From the NCBI GenBank assembly GCA_030704615.1, contig CM060733.1, positions 56,978,001-57,042,000 on the forward strand: DNA of 64,000 nt, given 5' to 3'. Below the pieces are notes generated by a model, which was not told where the DNA came from, did not search any database, and was given only the letters and a program-made list of their open reading frames with translations. The position numbers and the translations under genes were made by a program. Source of the DNA: Takakia lepidozioides (Eukaryota; Plantae; Bryophyta). This document shows, piece after piece, positions 49,401 through 61,674 of this stretch. Positions within the stretch are counted from its first letter, which is position 1; every line of letters begins with the position of its first letter.

Positions 49401-51963
49401 CTGTATTTTCTGGCAGCTTCGCAAGGTTGCCTTGGCTCAGTTTGCCTTGTACACCACTCAGCTTGGCCAATTTCATGTTGCCTTGGAGGAAGGAGAGAGT
49501 GAGAGTCTGGGAGACTACATGGATACATGGAAGATGACTCATTTCAATGAGTTTTTCATAGAGAGTTCTCATTGCCAAAGGGGCCATTCAGAGGCAATGA
49601 TTGGGAACAACAAACAGGTGGGGAGAAGGTGGTGAGACGGATTTTATTCAGGTACCATCTTTCCATTGCATTGTACATGGATAGTGTATACACCTTGTAA
49701 GTCAAAAATGTCTATGCTTCAAGTATTTTTCTAGTACATTGGGATATACATGTTTCTTAATGTGCTTGTTCAATTGTTGAACAGGTTGCATAAATATTTG
49801 TCTCCACAATAACTTTGAATGTGTTTGTATTTTAGGTACATGAGATTTGTGCTTGTACCGAGTGATCGACTTAAGGCTGAGCCCAAGTTTCTGATGGCCT
49901 GGAAGTTGGTGCTCAACAAGCTTCCATGTACACACCTGCAATTGAGGAAGATTGGGGTGTGGAACACCGGGAGGGGGGGTTTGGTATTTGGATGCCCAAG
50001 GGTACTATCCCCTATGCAGAAATGGGACTTCATAAGGAATGTGTTCGCAGGCAGTCAGTGAGTGATGAAGGGGTCCTTGTTCTTGATCTGGAGCATGCAG
50101 AACAGATTGCTACAGGCCGCTGACGCTGTAGCCCAAGTGGTCCCTGCCGTTGTGGGTGTACCAAAACGCAAATCACGAAAAAGAAAAGGTGCGGATGTCA
50201 ATGCAGGTGTGGCTTCTATTGCTGGTCCTATTGGTAGTTCTTCACATCCTTCAAATCAGTTGGTTGTAGCCTGCACCTACTACTCGAGGAAACAAGCCAA
50301 AGGCAGGCGAACATCCTTACAGTGCAGTGTCATTTTCTGGTGGTGCACCTAGCATGTATCGCATGAAGATCATGCCTACTCATTTCATTGATATGGTGGA
50401 GGCCTCAAGTACATCTCCTGATGCGACCTTGAAAGAGCTCATGGAGTTCTTAAAAAATGTGAGTTTCCCCCAACAAACAAACTTGAATGTAAGGAATTCT
50501 TCGATGTTTTTATATCCTCATCATCCGGCTATTGACTCCTACATTTTCTGTATGTTGTTTGCAGTTGCCAGGAACTTGGTCTAGTGTTGTGGATGGAAAA
50601 AGCGTGTTGTGGCTGTGGACATGATCATCGTGGACTGCCCAACAGGATGCCTGTACAGGGCTGTTTGGATGGTGTACAGGTTCCTCCCTGGAATGCTTTT
50701 GATAAACGGTATTGGGAGTATGCATTCTCCATTGCTAATGACCTGTTGGATGACAATGGATGCTTGTGTTCTTGCAGGGCTCCGATGATTCCTTTGCATT
50801 GGAGCTCTTTTTACTCCAGGGGCAGCTCTATTTCCGTATTATCAAGGAAATATACTTGCATCAATACCACCCCTCTACACACTCAGACAGGAAAGGTAAA
50901 AATCATCCCTCTTCAATATCTCATTGTTTGATGTTTTCATTCCTACTCTCATACATATTATTAAACCATCCGGGTGCACTGTTTTTGTGGAAATGGCACG
51001 TCTAACAGACCATGTTCTTCCACGCCCATGTCCTCACCAAGCAAGGAGGACTATTCAAACTGCGTGAGTCTGGCAAAGTTGTGGACCCCCTTGCAGACCC
51101 TGTTGAGTTGGATGCCATCTACAACCACATTCCAGATGTTGCACTACCCATGAACTCCTCAAAGCCTGGAGGGGTGCGCGAGACCGTAGTCCCGCCTTCA
51201 TGCAAGTGTTGTTGGAGACATGCTCACCTCCTGGCTCCCGCATTTTGGATCTCACAGCTGGCACAGGTTTGCATTGGTCTCCATTTTGTAATTAAAATCT
51301 TCTGAGCTGATTCATGATCATTAACTGTATCCGATATAATATCATCATTGCATGTTTTTTTCCTGCAGGTTCTACATTTATTGCTGCCCGCGAGTCTGGA
51401 CGTCACGTATTTGGTCTTGAGGGGGACCAGACGTTGTATGCAGCACGTCTCTCTGCACTTCAAAATACTCAACCCGTTTTGGTTTCATCTGTGGGAACTC
51501 CAACCATTCAACGTCCTGTGAGTTTGTTGGAACCCCCGCTCCTAAGGTGGCGCGCAAGCTTGGTCTTCATCTCGGCAGTACTTCCTAGTGAGTATGTCTC
51601 GCCTCCATTCCCTTTGTTGCAATCTCTATATTATTTGCAAAGCAAACCATTCCCATTTGATTTGTTAACATAAGTATACATGTATGATGCAGTGATGGGA
51701 TTGCGGACCATCTACGATAGTCTACCCCAAAGTCCTCTTTCATCGTTTTATCTACCTTCGTATGCCGAGTCCCAAGCTTTGCATTCAATACATCAACAAC
51801 GTGATGTAGGTCTTTCCAATGATCTGTTGTTTGACCGAAGAGCAGCTATTGTTGGACAATCCGTGGATAGGTTGCGTAGAGTTGAGGCTTCATGGATGTG
51901 TATGCCTCTGAATCACAGGCTTATGACACGGATGATGAAGTATCAGCTGATGATGTTATGTAG
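46435..51963 (+). pseudogene. Multi-exon gene: ParB/Srx-like domain fused to a beta-class N4C/N6A DNA methyltransferase-like domain
   Basis: Exon 1 (46435-46509, MGRKKDRG..TEK|GTAAGC) splices in frame to 47874. ParB-like IPLCRM..RP..DILKL..FHVWDGNHRLQAW (~48365). Motif IV-like VDMIIVDCPTG (~50615-50646). Motif X-I-II WRGARDRSPAFMQVLLETCSPPGSRILDLTAGT|GSTFIAARESGRHVFGLEGD spans intron 51267-51368. Several frameshifts. Confidence 0.8.
46550..47655. repeat. Array of ~10 CGCCGGCG-centred palindromic motifs within larger diverged repeats
   Basis: Cores at about 46602, 46675, 46744, 46871, 46961, 47222, 47295, 47548 and 47644, with degenerate copies at ~47095 and ~47380. Perfect palindromes of 18 bp (46670-46687), 28 bp (47285-47312) and 16 bp (47544-47559). 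Confidence 0.9.
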
Positions 51964-53299
51964 GTAATTAGAAATTACATATACAATACATTGTCCTCAT
52001 TGTCAGTCCGAATTTTTGTTATTTTTATGATACATGTATTTCTCTCTAGTAAGGTAAAACAAATGGGGCAAATGACATGGTGTTGAAATCAGATTTCATG
52101 TTATCTTCCTGTCATTTGATTTATCTATGTAATAGTTTGTACATAGATCTCTACTGCATTTCATAGATCCCTTTACCTGAATGCAAGTTCGACATGCACT
52201 TCAGCACTATCAAATTTCATCATTAGTAAGATCAACCCTTATGAGTATTGTGGCATTATGTACACACAGGGTGACTATCTTTATCTCATTAGTGTTTCAT
52301 TTCATTAGTGTTTCAAGTCTGAATGGGTAGTGTAGTGGTATGAACTAGGCTTGATACCCGATAGGTTGTGGGTTCTATCTCTGATGGACATTATGTTTTT
52401 GTAAAATAAAAATGTTTCAGAAGATAGATATATAGATACTGCAAAACCTATGTAACAAGATTAAATGGGTGGTGGTTTGGTAAGGATTATGTTTTTTAAG
52501 TTATGAGATTGCGGGTTCGATTACCAATCAATAGTCTTTTTTGTAAAATTGAATTCCCTTGCGGGCCATCACCATTTACTACCCAAATGCGCAGGCGGAC
52601 CATCTCCATCACATTGTCAAGCTCCCTAGCATTCCCTTAGCATTGCTCCATTCTGAACTTCAAACTAGACTCCCACCATTGGAAGAGCCCGTACCTTCAC
52701 CATTTGTATCTAACAAGGAGCCGTGCCTCGTCACTTTTTAATTTTTTTGACCTTTTTTCTCATGTTGGAAAGCCATAAAAGCAACATGTTCCTCTCCCAT
52801 TCCTACACTCACCCATGTGGAATAATAATACAATGATATGGAATATTCTATATAGAATATTCTTATTCCATCCTTTGATATTTTGACTATGGACCCTAAG
52901 ATTAGATGAATCACAATTGTTTTTTTTTTTTTGGGTACCCTTATTTAAGTGTTGGGCATATAAAATTGTTCCTATGCATATCTAAAATTTGTATGCACGC
53001 ATACATTCCTCCATATGCATGCATTTGTGTGCGCATATAGTATAGGCTACCTCTCCAAAGCCACACCACGAGAAACAAAGAAACATGTCTAAGTTTAAGA
53101 TGCCGAACAAACTTGTGCACAGGGCTGCCCCTCTCGTCAAGCTCATTAAAATTTGTATTAACTTCCATCTTCAAGCTTTGGAGAAGCTCCACCACCCAAA
53201 CCCATAATTAGGACAGCACTCTGATTTCCATCCACTATCAGCAGAATCAGTCAAAAATCACCCCTTCAATCAAGCGCAATTGTGGGCTCACTTCCCACC

Positions 53300-55531
53300 T
53301 ATGCCGGGTAGACCCCACTATCAGGAAATGGTGGATGGTCTGAGTAGATACACAGATCAATGAATGAAGCGAGACACTTGCATCTTGCACTCAACAGTAC
53401 ATGATGGTCAGTACTCTCAGGAAATGGTGGATGGTCTGAGTAGCTACACAGATCAATGAATGAATGCTCCCACATTTTGCATACATGTCCATGAGGGCAT
53501 TGTTCAGAATCACATCTGGTACAATTCCAGCTTTGGCGATGCAACCATGCACCTCTTTGCCCTTTTCCAAGGCTGCCAGGCTTGCACATGCACTGCAAAC
53601 GCACACAAACGTGATGTGGTCGGGCTTCCCCCCTTTCCCCATCATTTGCTCATAGGTCTCCAAGGCCTCCATCCCGCACCCCTGTTGTGCATATCCTGCA
53701 AGCATGGCATTCCAACACAACAAATCTCGTTCAGCCATATTGTTCCCAGCTCAAAATGTATAGTCAACAACAGTTCTCTACAACTGTTGGCCAGGCTATC
53801 CACTTGATAGCAAAGTTCCTCCCACCCAGCACCAAAGGCAGTCATGGGATTTCCACAGACAAAGATATGAAATTCAGCCTGGAACTTCCAGAGCTAACAT
53901 TCAACAAGAGAGTGGTGATAGCATGCAACATGCAGCGCTATACCTGAAAGCACTAACTGTTAAAGATTTACACATCCGTCATAATTCATGACTTCTCAAA
54001 CTCTGAATTAGGGGAGAAACGGTCAAGAAAGGGAAAGTATGGCACCTGGTTATGAACCATGTAAAGGAGGAAGGGCATACAAGAGCCAGCCCCGTACTTG
54101 CATGTGGCAGATATGCATTGGCATGTCATTGCACTCCATAAGACCACGTCTCGCTTAGCCATATTGTTGAACACTAGACAGGCCTCCCTTACACTCCCAC
54201 ATTTCGCATACATGTCTGCAACAAAGGCAGTCTCCATATTAATATATGACGGAATTCCAGCTTTGATAATGTCAGCATGGATCTCTTTGCCCTTCTCCAG
54301 GGCCACCATGCTGGCACAAGCGTTGAGAACACAAATGAATATATGACCCTGTCGGGCATCACACCTTCTTGTTGGATTCTATCATAGATTTTAATGGCCT
54401 CTGTGCCACAACCCTGCTGGGCATATCCTGCTATCATGACGCTCCAGGAAACCACATCCCGTTCAGCCATTTTGTCAAATACTTTCAGTGCACCCTTCAT
54501 GCTCCCACATTTGGCATACCTTTCGACAAAAGCAGTCTCCAGAAAGATATCAGTCCAAAAATCCAGCTTTGATGATGTGAGCATGGGCCTCTTCGCCCTT
54601 TTCCAGGGCCCCTAGCCTACAACACGCATTGAGCACATACGTAAACGTGACCATGTCGGGCATCACCCCTGGTCCACGAGGGCATTGTTCAGAATGACAT
54701 TGGGTACAATTCCAGCTCTGACGATGTTGCCATGGACCTCTTTGTCCTTTTCTAGAGCTGCCAGGCTTGCACATGCATTGCAAACACACACAAACATGAT
54801 GTGGTTGGGCTTCACCCCTTCCCCCATCATTTGCTCATAGGTCTCCAAAGCTTCCACCCTGCGTCCCTACTGTGCATACCCTGCAATCATCGCGTTCCAC
54901 GACACCACATTTTGTTCAGCCATATTGTTGAAGACTGCCTTTGCATCCTTAATGCACCCACATGTGGCATACATGTCCATGAGGGCAGATTCAGAATGAC
55001 ATCTGGTACAATTCCAGCTTTGACGATGTCACCATGGACCTCTTTCCCCTTTCCAAGGCTCCCTGGCTTGCATATGCATTGCAAACACAAACAAACGTGA
55101 TGTGGTTGGAGCTTCACCCCTTCGCGCATCATTTGCTCAAGCATCCCATGCTTGGTAAATCCTGCCAACATTATATTCCACGTGATCAAAGATGGTTGAG
55201 GCATTTTGTTGAACACTTGGTGAGCATCCATGATGCTCCCGCACTTAACATACATGTTGACAAGGGTGTTGAGTAGAAAAACGTTTGGCGTGAATCCACT
55301 TTGGATAATGTGAGTGTGCACCTGCTTTCTAGCTTCCAGGCCTTTCATCTTGATGCACTTATGCAAGAGACAAACAGACATATCTGAATCTGCTGAAATG
55401 CCTCCTTGGTTTAAAGTCTGTAGAGCCTCTTTCAGTCTGCCTGCCTCACAAAGCATCTTCACATGCCCAGAAGTGCCAGAAGAGGTATTGTGGACTCCCT
55501 CTCTTGATCCTCTACTAGAAGCTGTGGTCAT
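53300..55531 (-). pseudogene. PLS-class pentatricopeptide repeat (organellar RNA-editing type) pseudogene
   Basis: Repeated motifs RDVVSWSVMIAGYAQQG..EA, PDHITFVCVCSACASLAALEKGKEVH and NALMDMYAKCGS; N-terminal LCEAGRLKEALQTL. Many frameshifts and internal rearrangements. Confidence 0.93.
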
Positions 55532-55569
55532 GGTTGAGGTGCCTAATTTTATCAGCTGTTGCCTTTAGT

Positions 55570-55975
55570 TGACCATGTACCCATGCAGGCTTCTTGTAGC
55601 TGGTGATCCACAGGGAATTATAGGTAATCTTGTGCTTGAAATCTGGACCTCTTGGATGAATCTGGACCCACATTCTATCCCTGCTTCAGCCATCCATGCC
55701 TCTACACAAATCATGCATTCATACTTGCCTCACTGCTAGCAGCTGACAATGGCAGCCTAGATTTGGTCTAGGAAACACCCAGTTGACCATCTACCCATGC
55801 ACGTTTTAGCTATCCGTCCATAGGGAATCATAGGTAATCTTGAGCTTGAAATCCGGCCCTCTTGGATGAATCTGGACCCAAACTCTATCCCTGCTCTGCA
55901 CAAATCATGCATAAATCCTTGCCTTGCCGCTAGAAGCTGACAATGACAGCCTAGATTTGTTCTAGCAAACACCGC
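55570..55975. repeat. Tandem duplication of a ~200-bp unit
   Basis: AGGGAAT.ATAGGTAATCTTG.GCTTGAAATC.GG.CCTCTTGGATGAATCTGGACCCA occurs at ~55612 and ~55822. Confidence 0.85.
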
Positions 55976-56277
55976 AACCCCAATTATCACACTAGTTCCT
56001 ATGCTGACTTGCGGTTCCAACAGGCATTCACCTTTTTGCCTCGATTGTTCCACCCTTGACTGCGGTCATAAACACATTCATTCCAAAGCTTCTCCTCGCC
56101 ACTATTATCTGCTCTTCGACCCTTTCCTATTGCCACATTGGCAGTAACATGTCAAAATCACTCCAAAACCACCATAGATCCACCAACAAGCTAACTTGCA
56201 GAATTCAACATGAAAATTTAAGGACGACTCTGATTACAGGGAAAAACAGGATGAAATATGTTGGAGAAGGTGCCTTC

Positions 56278-56448
56278 ATTATACCCACATTGCCACCAAT
56301 ATCCTTTGAAGTGTCCAGGCCATCAATCACTTCTTGATTGTAGCCCAATGTATGCTTGAGATCAGCAGAGTAGAGAGAAAATACGTATGAAATTCCACCA
56401 CAGGCTTGCATCCACATGCCAAGACACAACCCTAACCACTTGTCGTCC
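56278..56448 (-). pseudogene. Nodulin-like/NFD4-type MFS transporter N-terminal fragment
   Basis: DKWLGLCLGMWMQACGGISYVFSLYSADLKHTLGYNQEVIDGLDTSKDIGGNVGI. Confidence 0.85.
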
Positions 56449-57299
56449 ATAAATTTCTTTACCTCAACCCCCTCATTTCTCAAATAGGCTATCACCCTTG
56501 ATTGTCAGGTCTCTGACATCATCTGTAAATAGAATGCTGACCGTGCGCATACATTTGCCTACACTTCAGCTTGTCTAGTTTGAGCAACATTTCACTTGTG
56601 GCCCAAGACAGAGAAAAAAGACACAATTTTGTTGTTGTTGCCAAGGAGAAGATATAATCCAGGTTAAATTGAACCAGCCTGAACAGTGTCGATGTCCATA
56701 GTAAGTGGAGCACTTGAAGGCATTTCCACATGGAGTGTGTCGACCAGAGAAGGGAGTCCAGCTATAAAAACTGACTCCTCGTTCTTAAACAGAACCTCCA
56801 CATCAAACTCCTTGCTCCAGTCAGCTACAATTGCAGATTTGGCATGCTCACTGACCTCCCGCATAGGTGGCCCACTGTGTAGTACGAGATTTTTCCTGCC
56901 ATCGAAACAGGATAAATAAATGTCAGTTCCAAGAATCTTCTCGAAGGGTAACCAAAGTACCTGTGGATTCTTGGCTTGCATTTGAAACGCATATAAGTGG
57001 TTTTACTGTAAAAGGAATTGTACATGTATCCCTAGTAATGCTGAAGATGTTGAGCTGGGTACACAGGATTGAGACCTTCATTCCAGTCGTGAAGCACAAT
57101 ACGTGCAATTGCAACAGTGTCACCCACTCCCCCTTTTTGAGCTTTCCACGCACCATAGCCAAATTTTGCAAGAACTCATCAACATACGGTTGAACTTGGC
57201 AACATTGTAAGTTGACATCAGCTTCTCCGCAGGACACAGCTGCAATATCTGCTTCACTGTTCAAGAGCTCTTCAACATTGTCCACCAAAGCTCTCCGAA

Positions 57300-57460
57300 G
57301 GGTCCTCCAATACTCCTCCAAGGACCCCAAAGATCCTCCAAACACTCCTCCAAGGACCCCAAAGATCCTCCAAACACTCCTCCAAAGGCCCTCAAATATC
57401 TTCCAAACAATCCTCCAAAGGCCCTCAAATATCTTCCAAACAATCCTCCAAAGGCCCTTA
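57300..57460. repeat. 33-bp minisatellite (~4.5 units)
   Basis: CTCCTCCAAGGACCCCAAAGATCCTCCAAACA-like units. Confidence 0.85.
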
Positions 57461-57484
57461 AATTTCACTAAGTCATTTCGATGT

Positions 57485-58055
57485 TGATACCTCAACAGAG
57501 GTATAGTCTGAGGTTGCTAGGGTCCCTTATGTTGATGATACCTTTACAGAGGTATAGTCTGAAAATGAGGGTTATGTTTGGCATACTAACAGAGGTATAG
57601 TCTGAGTTGATTAGGGTCCACATATGGTGATACCTCACCAGAGGTATAGTAAAAGAGACAAGCTCCTATTTGGTATACTACAGAGGTATAGTCTGAGCTG
57701 ATTAGGGTTCACATATGGTGATACCTCAATAGAGGTATAGTAAAATGGACAAGCTCTTGTTTGGTATACTAACAGAGGTATAGTCTGAGCTGATTAGGAT
57801 CCACATATGGTGATACCTCAACAGAGGTATAGTAAAAGGGACAAGCTCTTGTTTGGTATACTAACAGAGGTATAGTCTGAGCTGATTAGGGTTCACATAT
57901 GGTGATACCTCAATAGAGGTATAGTAAAATGGACAAGCTTCTGTTTGGTATACTAACAGAGGTATAAGCTCACATTCATATGGTGATACCTCAATAGAGG
58001 TATAGTCAAAGGGACAAGCTTCTGTTTGGTATACTAACAGAGGTATAGTCTGAGC
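57485..58055. repeat. Higher-order minisatellite: ~45-bp subunits with AGAGGTATAG core forming ~90-bp dimers
   Basis: About a dozen AGAGGTATAG cores with alternating TCTGAG..GATTAGG and AAA..GACAAGCTC tails. Confidence 0.9.
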
Positions 58056-60779
58056 ATACACTACTAGGGTTTGTAATGAAGAACAAGAATGCAAGTCCTT
58101 GACTTCTATGCTTCTACTCAAGCAAAAATATGGTCTCTAGGTGGTCATAAGAGGCATCTTCTTGCTCTTTTCCACCCCAATGTGCAACCAAGAGTGGTCC
58201 AACTCAACTTGCAAGTCATTGTCCACCAAATCAATCCCCCTTCTAGTCCTTGGGATTTGATTGCAAACTATCATATCTCCATTGCCGAGCAATCATGTAT
58301 TTGTCTCCTCATCACTTGACAATTGCTCCAAATCAACCCAAATTATCTCTATGTGTAGGAGCAATGTTTGTCACTTACAATAATGTTCCCAAGCAATCCG
58401 CCTTGAATCCCACTCTCACGCCATATGCCTCATTTGGGGTCTTGCACTAATCCATCATCCATGTGCTCCCCTTGGTCATTTGAATGCATGTTCCATGACC
58501 TCTTGGCCTATGTGTTGCTCTCCTTCATCATAACATAAATCAACACCTCTCCACTTCACACACAAATGGATCTCAAGGCCTTCACCTCTTGCTAGTTCAA
58601 GAGCTCCCCTTCTCAAACTTGAACTTACAAACTCAAGAGAGCATGCTCCACACATGCACAACTTGCTTGGTCAACTATCCACCACAAAGCTCACACTACC
58701 AAGAGCATGAATAGCCAAGTATTGCCTCCCCCTCTTGTCACATTACATAATGAGGGTGAAGCTATGCATACATTGAGTGATGATATCCCTTCAAGGATTT
58801 CCCACCATATGTTCTCCAAGCTCTTTCAATGGCGCCCTAAGCTTGGCTCCACACCACCATGATTGGAAGATTTCTTCACATGCTTCCTTTCAAAACCTCT
58901 TGAGCTTCTTAGTGCTCTCCAAGTGCTTGCCATTGTTGTCTTCAAGCCCAAGCCTATATAGCTCCTTGGCTTCTTTTCCACAACATCCACACTTTGAACT
59001 TGCTTAACCATAGCTTGATAGTGAAATGAGCACTAACAAGTCTTTAGTCACTCTCCACACGCCATGGCGCACACCATCGACTCCATAATGCATACAAAGG
59101 ATTCTCAAACCCTAGAATCCATGCTTCCACACACACAAGACTTCCTCCTTGCAATCCTTGCAAAATCTTGTGACTCAAGAGCTTTCTTTACAAGCTCTCC
59201 AACTCCTTAGTGCATGCAACACTCGAGTACCTTTCCTTGCAACCCCTTGCAAGCCTTGTGATACAAGAGCTAAATTCTCCTAGCTCTCAACCTCTTTAAC
59301 ATACAAGTGCAAAACTAATCCTTACACTCCGCACTCACAAGCATAAGGTGAGCTTCTTGTAGTGATAAAAGATGAGAAATGAGAGAAGTGGAAGACAATG
59401 AAAACTCTCAAAGCATGAAGCAATCACACTAAGAGCAAGCCCTAGTCCTTCCAAGTGAAATCCACTCTATCACATAAACTAAGTCAAGCCAATGGCACCC
59501 TTGCTAAGGGAATCCACCCTACAAAGCCCTCAACACACTCCCTCTCAATACTTAGAGCTATGGAGGTGAGAGAAGCTCATGGAGGCTCAACTACAAAAAG
59601 ATGAGCCTCCTCCATCCTCACAAGGGGAAAACCTATCCCCATGTTCCAAGTGAGGCTCGACACCTCACTTGGCATGTGAGACCCAATGAAGTCCCAACAC
59701 ACAAAATCTAAATATAAATATCTAAAATGTCATATTTAACTAGAAGTAGGTAATTCTAGATAACCATGACTAAAACCATGACAATCGAGATCAGCAGGTT
59801 TCCATGTCGTAATTGCCGCTCTCTCGACTCCTGTTTTTTTTCGCCTTCTCTTTTATGGATTTAAGTCTCTCCTTTCTAAGTCATCAATATAAGATGCCTG
59901 GTCAAGGAATAACTGGGCAACATGTCAATCTTACAACAGTTTGATTAGTTCGGGGTTTTGGACCAGCAGACCACAAACCCTGAGCATGAAAATAAAGACA
60001 TATTACATTCTTGTGTCTGCATTAAAACTGTGTGGCTAAGGTGACGACTTGGAGATTTCAGCATCGCGCAAGAAATAGTTGTAAGCAAATTTCTAAGACC
60101 TTACCTCTTTCATTTCCGGTTGTGGATTTCTAAGACCTTCCGATTAGCCTTTCCATGTTTCTAAACCTTCAAGTTGGTGCAAAACTAGGAATCATAATAT
60201 GGCTGACTTGAAGCAAAGTTTCAAACTCAACGAGGGAAGTCTTCGTTTGTTCGCAACGAGTACTCGATTATGAAACTAACTCAATTCTTATCTGAAATTT
60301 AATTCAATGTCAATATTGTATATTTTGCAGATGTCGTACGGCTGGCAAAATGGTTGGAGATTGCCAACAGGAGCGTGGAGGAATGTTGAATAGGAGTCTG
60401 GCTGCTCTAATAACAAAGTTAGAATGACCAAGCATATGTAAACTAGGCAATAGGGTGTAGCAATCTACAACTGTTTAGAGAATGTGAGTGGCACATTTAT
60501 TTGTGTACTCTCTACATGCAGCCATATCACAAGGAGCTAATTGAACATTCCTTTGAGGAAAATTTGGCACCATTCCCTCTCAACTTGGTGTTCAACTACT
60601 CATCACAGGGAACTATGCATCACAGGGAATTTTGCAACTTCCCCGTATAGGCTAATGGGGAAAAAAATTCACTCCAATAGGGAGGATATATACTCAAGAT
60701 TCCCCTCTTCTTCATAGAGGGTATCCATTTAAAATTTCCACTTCATCAATGTTGAAATCTTTGAGGAGATGTTTTTTGC

Positions 60780-60910
60780 ATTCCATTCTTTGTTTCAACA
60801 GGAATGTTTATTGGACTCCATTCTTTAGTCTAAGAGGAATGTTTACTGAATTCCATTCTTTATTCAAGAGGAATGTCTATTGAATTCCATCATTAGTCCA
60901 ACATGAATGT
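60780..60910. repeat. ~36-bp tandem repeat (~4 units)
   Basis: TTCCATTCTTT..A.AGGAATGTTTA.TGAA units. Confidence 0.7.
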
Positions 60911-61674
60911 GTAGGAAATGAAATGCTCATCCCAAAAGAATTGTACTCCTAATTGTCCTCATGTGCTGTCCTTTATGTTTGCAGCGCTGAGGTAAATCAC
61001 TCCATCTCCCTCTACTACAACATTCTCAAGAGTAATTCTCCCTCTTAGCGCCCACTCCACTGCCGTGTCTAAATCCTGCAATCGGTGCATATGGGCTGAT
61101 AGCTTCTTTCCCTTTCATTTCTTTTTGGCCACAGTAGACACTTGAACAGCCATTGCAGAAATCCTAGGTAAGACATCATGGAGATTTTGTAAGCCCATCA
61201 CATGCATAGCAATGGCCTTTTTTGAGCTGGGAGATAACCTTTCCAGGAGCTGCGCACATGTACAAGCAAGTTTAGAACTTAAATAGAAAGACTAACACAA
61301 CAATATACACCCATATCTTAACTCCACAACCTCCATTTGAACCCCATAATGCAACTTGATCTGTCCTCCTATTGATTATAAAGAACCCAAATTTGAACCA
61401 AATAAAGAACCAGACCTGAACTTGCTCAGGACATTATAGACAATGAGCTTTGGTACTTGTGCACTGCCCACTGTCCACTTTGTCTGAGCCTTCAGAATAG
61501 TGGAGATCTTTCAACTTCATTTTCTATGGGACATCAAACACTTTTGTGAGTAGCTGCTCATGCCCATCATCCTTAGTGTAAACTGTAATAAGACACAAAC
61601 TAGAACCTTTTTGTACTTTGTATACCTAGGTTTGAGGGGAGGGAGGGGTGGCATGGTGTGGCATGGCACAGTCA

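Larger units (their letters stand above)
40117..52589. mobile_element. Putative ~12.5-kb composite Mutator-like DNA transposon with cargo genes (boundaries tentative)
   Basis: Starts where the hAT ORF is cut. Weak inverted ends CATTTGG..TGGCCC (40117-40145) and GGGCCA..CCAAATG (52563-52589). Subterminal repeats at 40330-40660. Contains the transposase, RING ORF and ParB-MTase gene. No TSD found. Confidence 0.55.

Noticed and set aside
46435-51963. Bacterial or phage contamination as the source of the ParB-MTase
   Set aside because: Multiple GT-AG introns, including one inside the SAM-binding motif, and continuity with plant TE sequence.
57485-58055. CRISPR-like AGAGGTATAG repeat array
   Set aside because: The intervening sequences are themselves repeated, so this is a higher-order minisatellite.
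58060-59750. Probable decayed LTR-retrotransposon internal/LTR region
   Set aside because: Strand-biased composition suggests it, but no PBS, paired LTR or protein motif could be pinned down.
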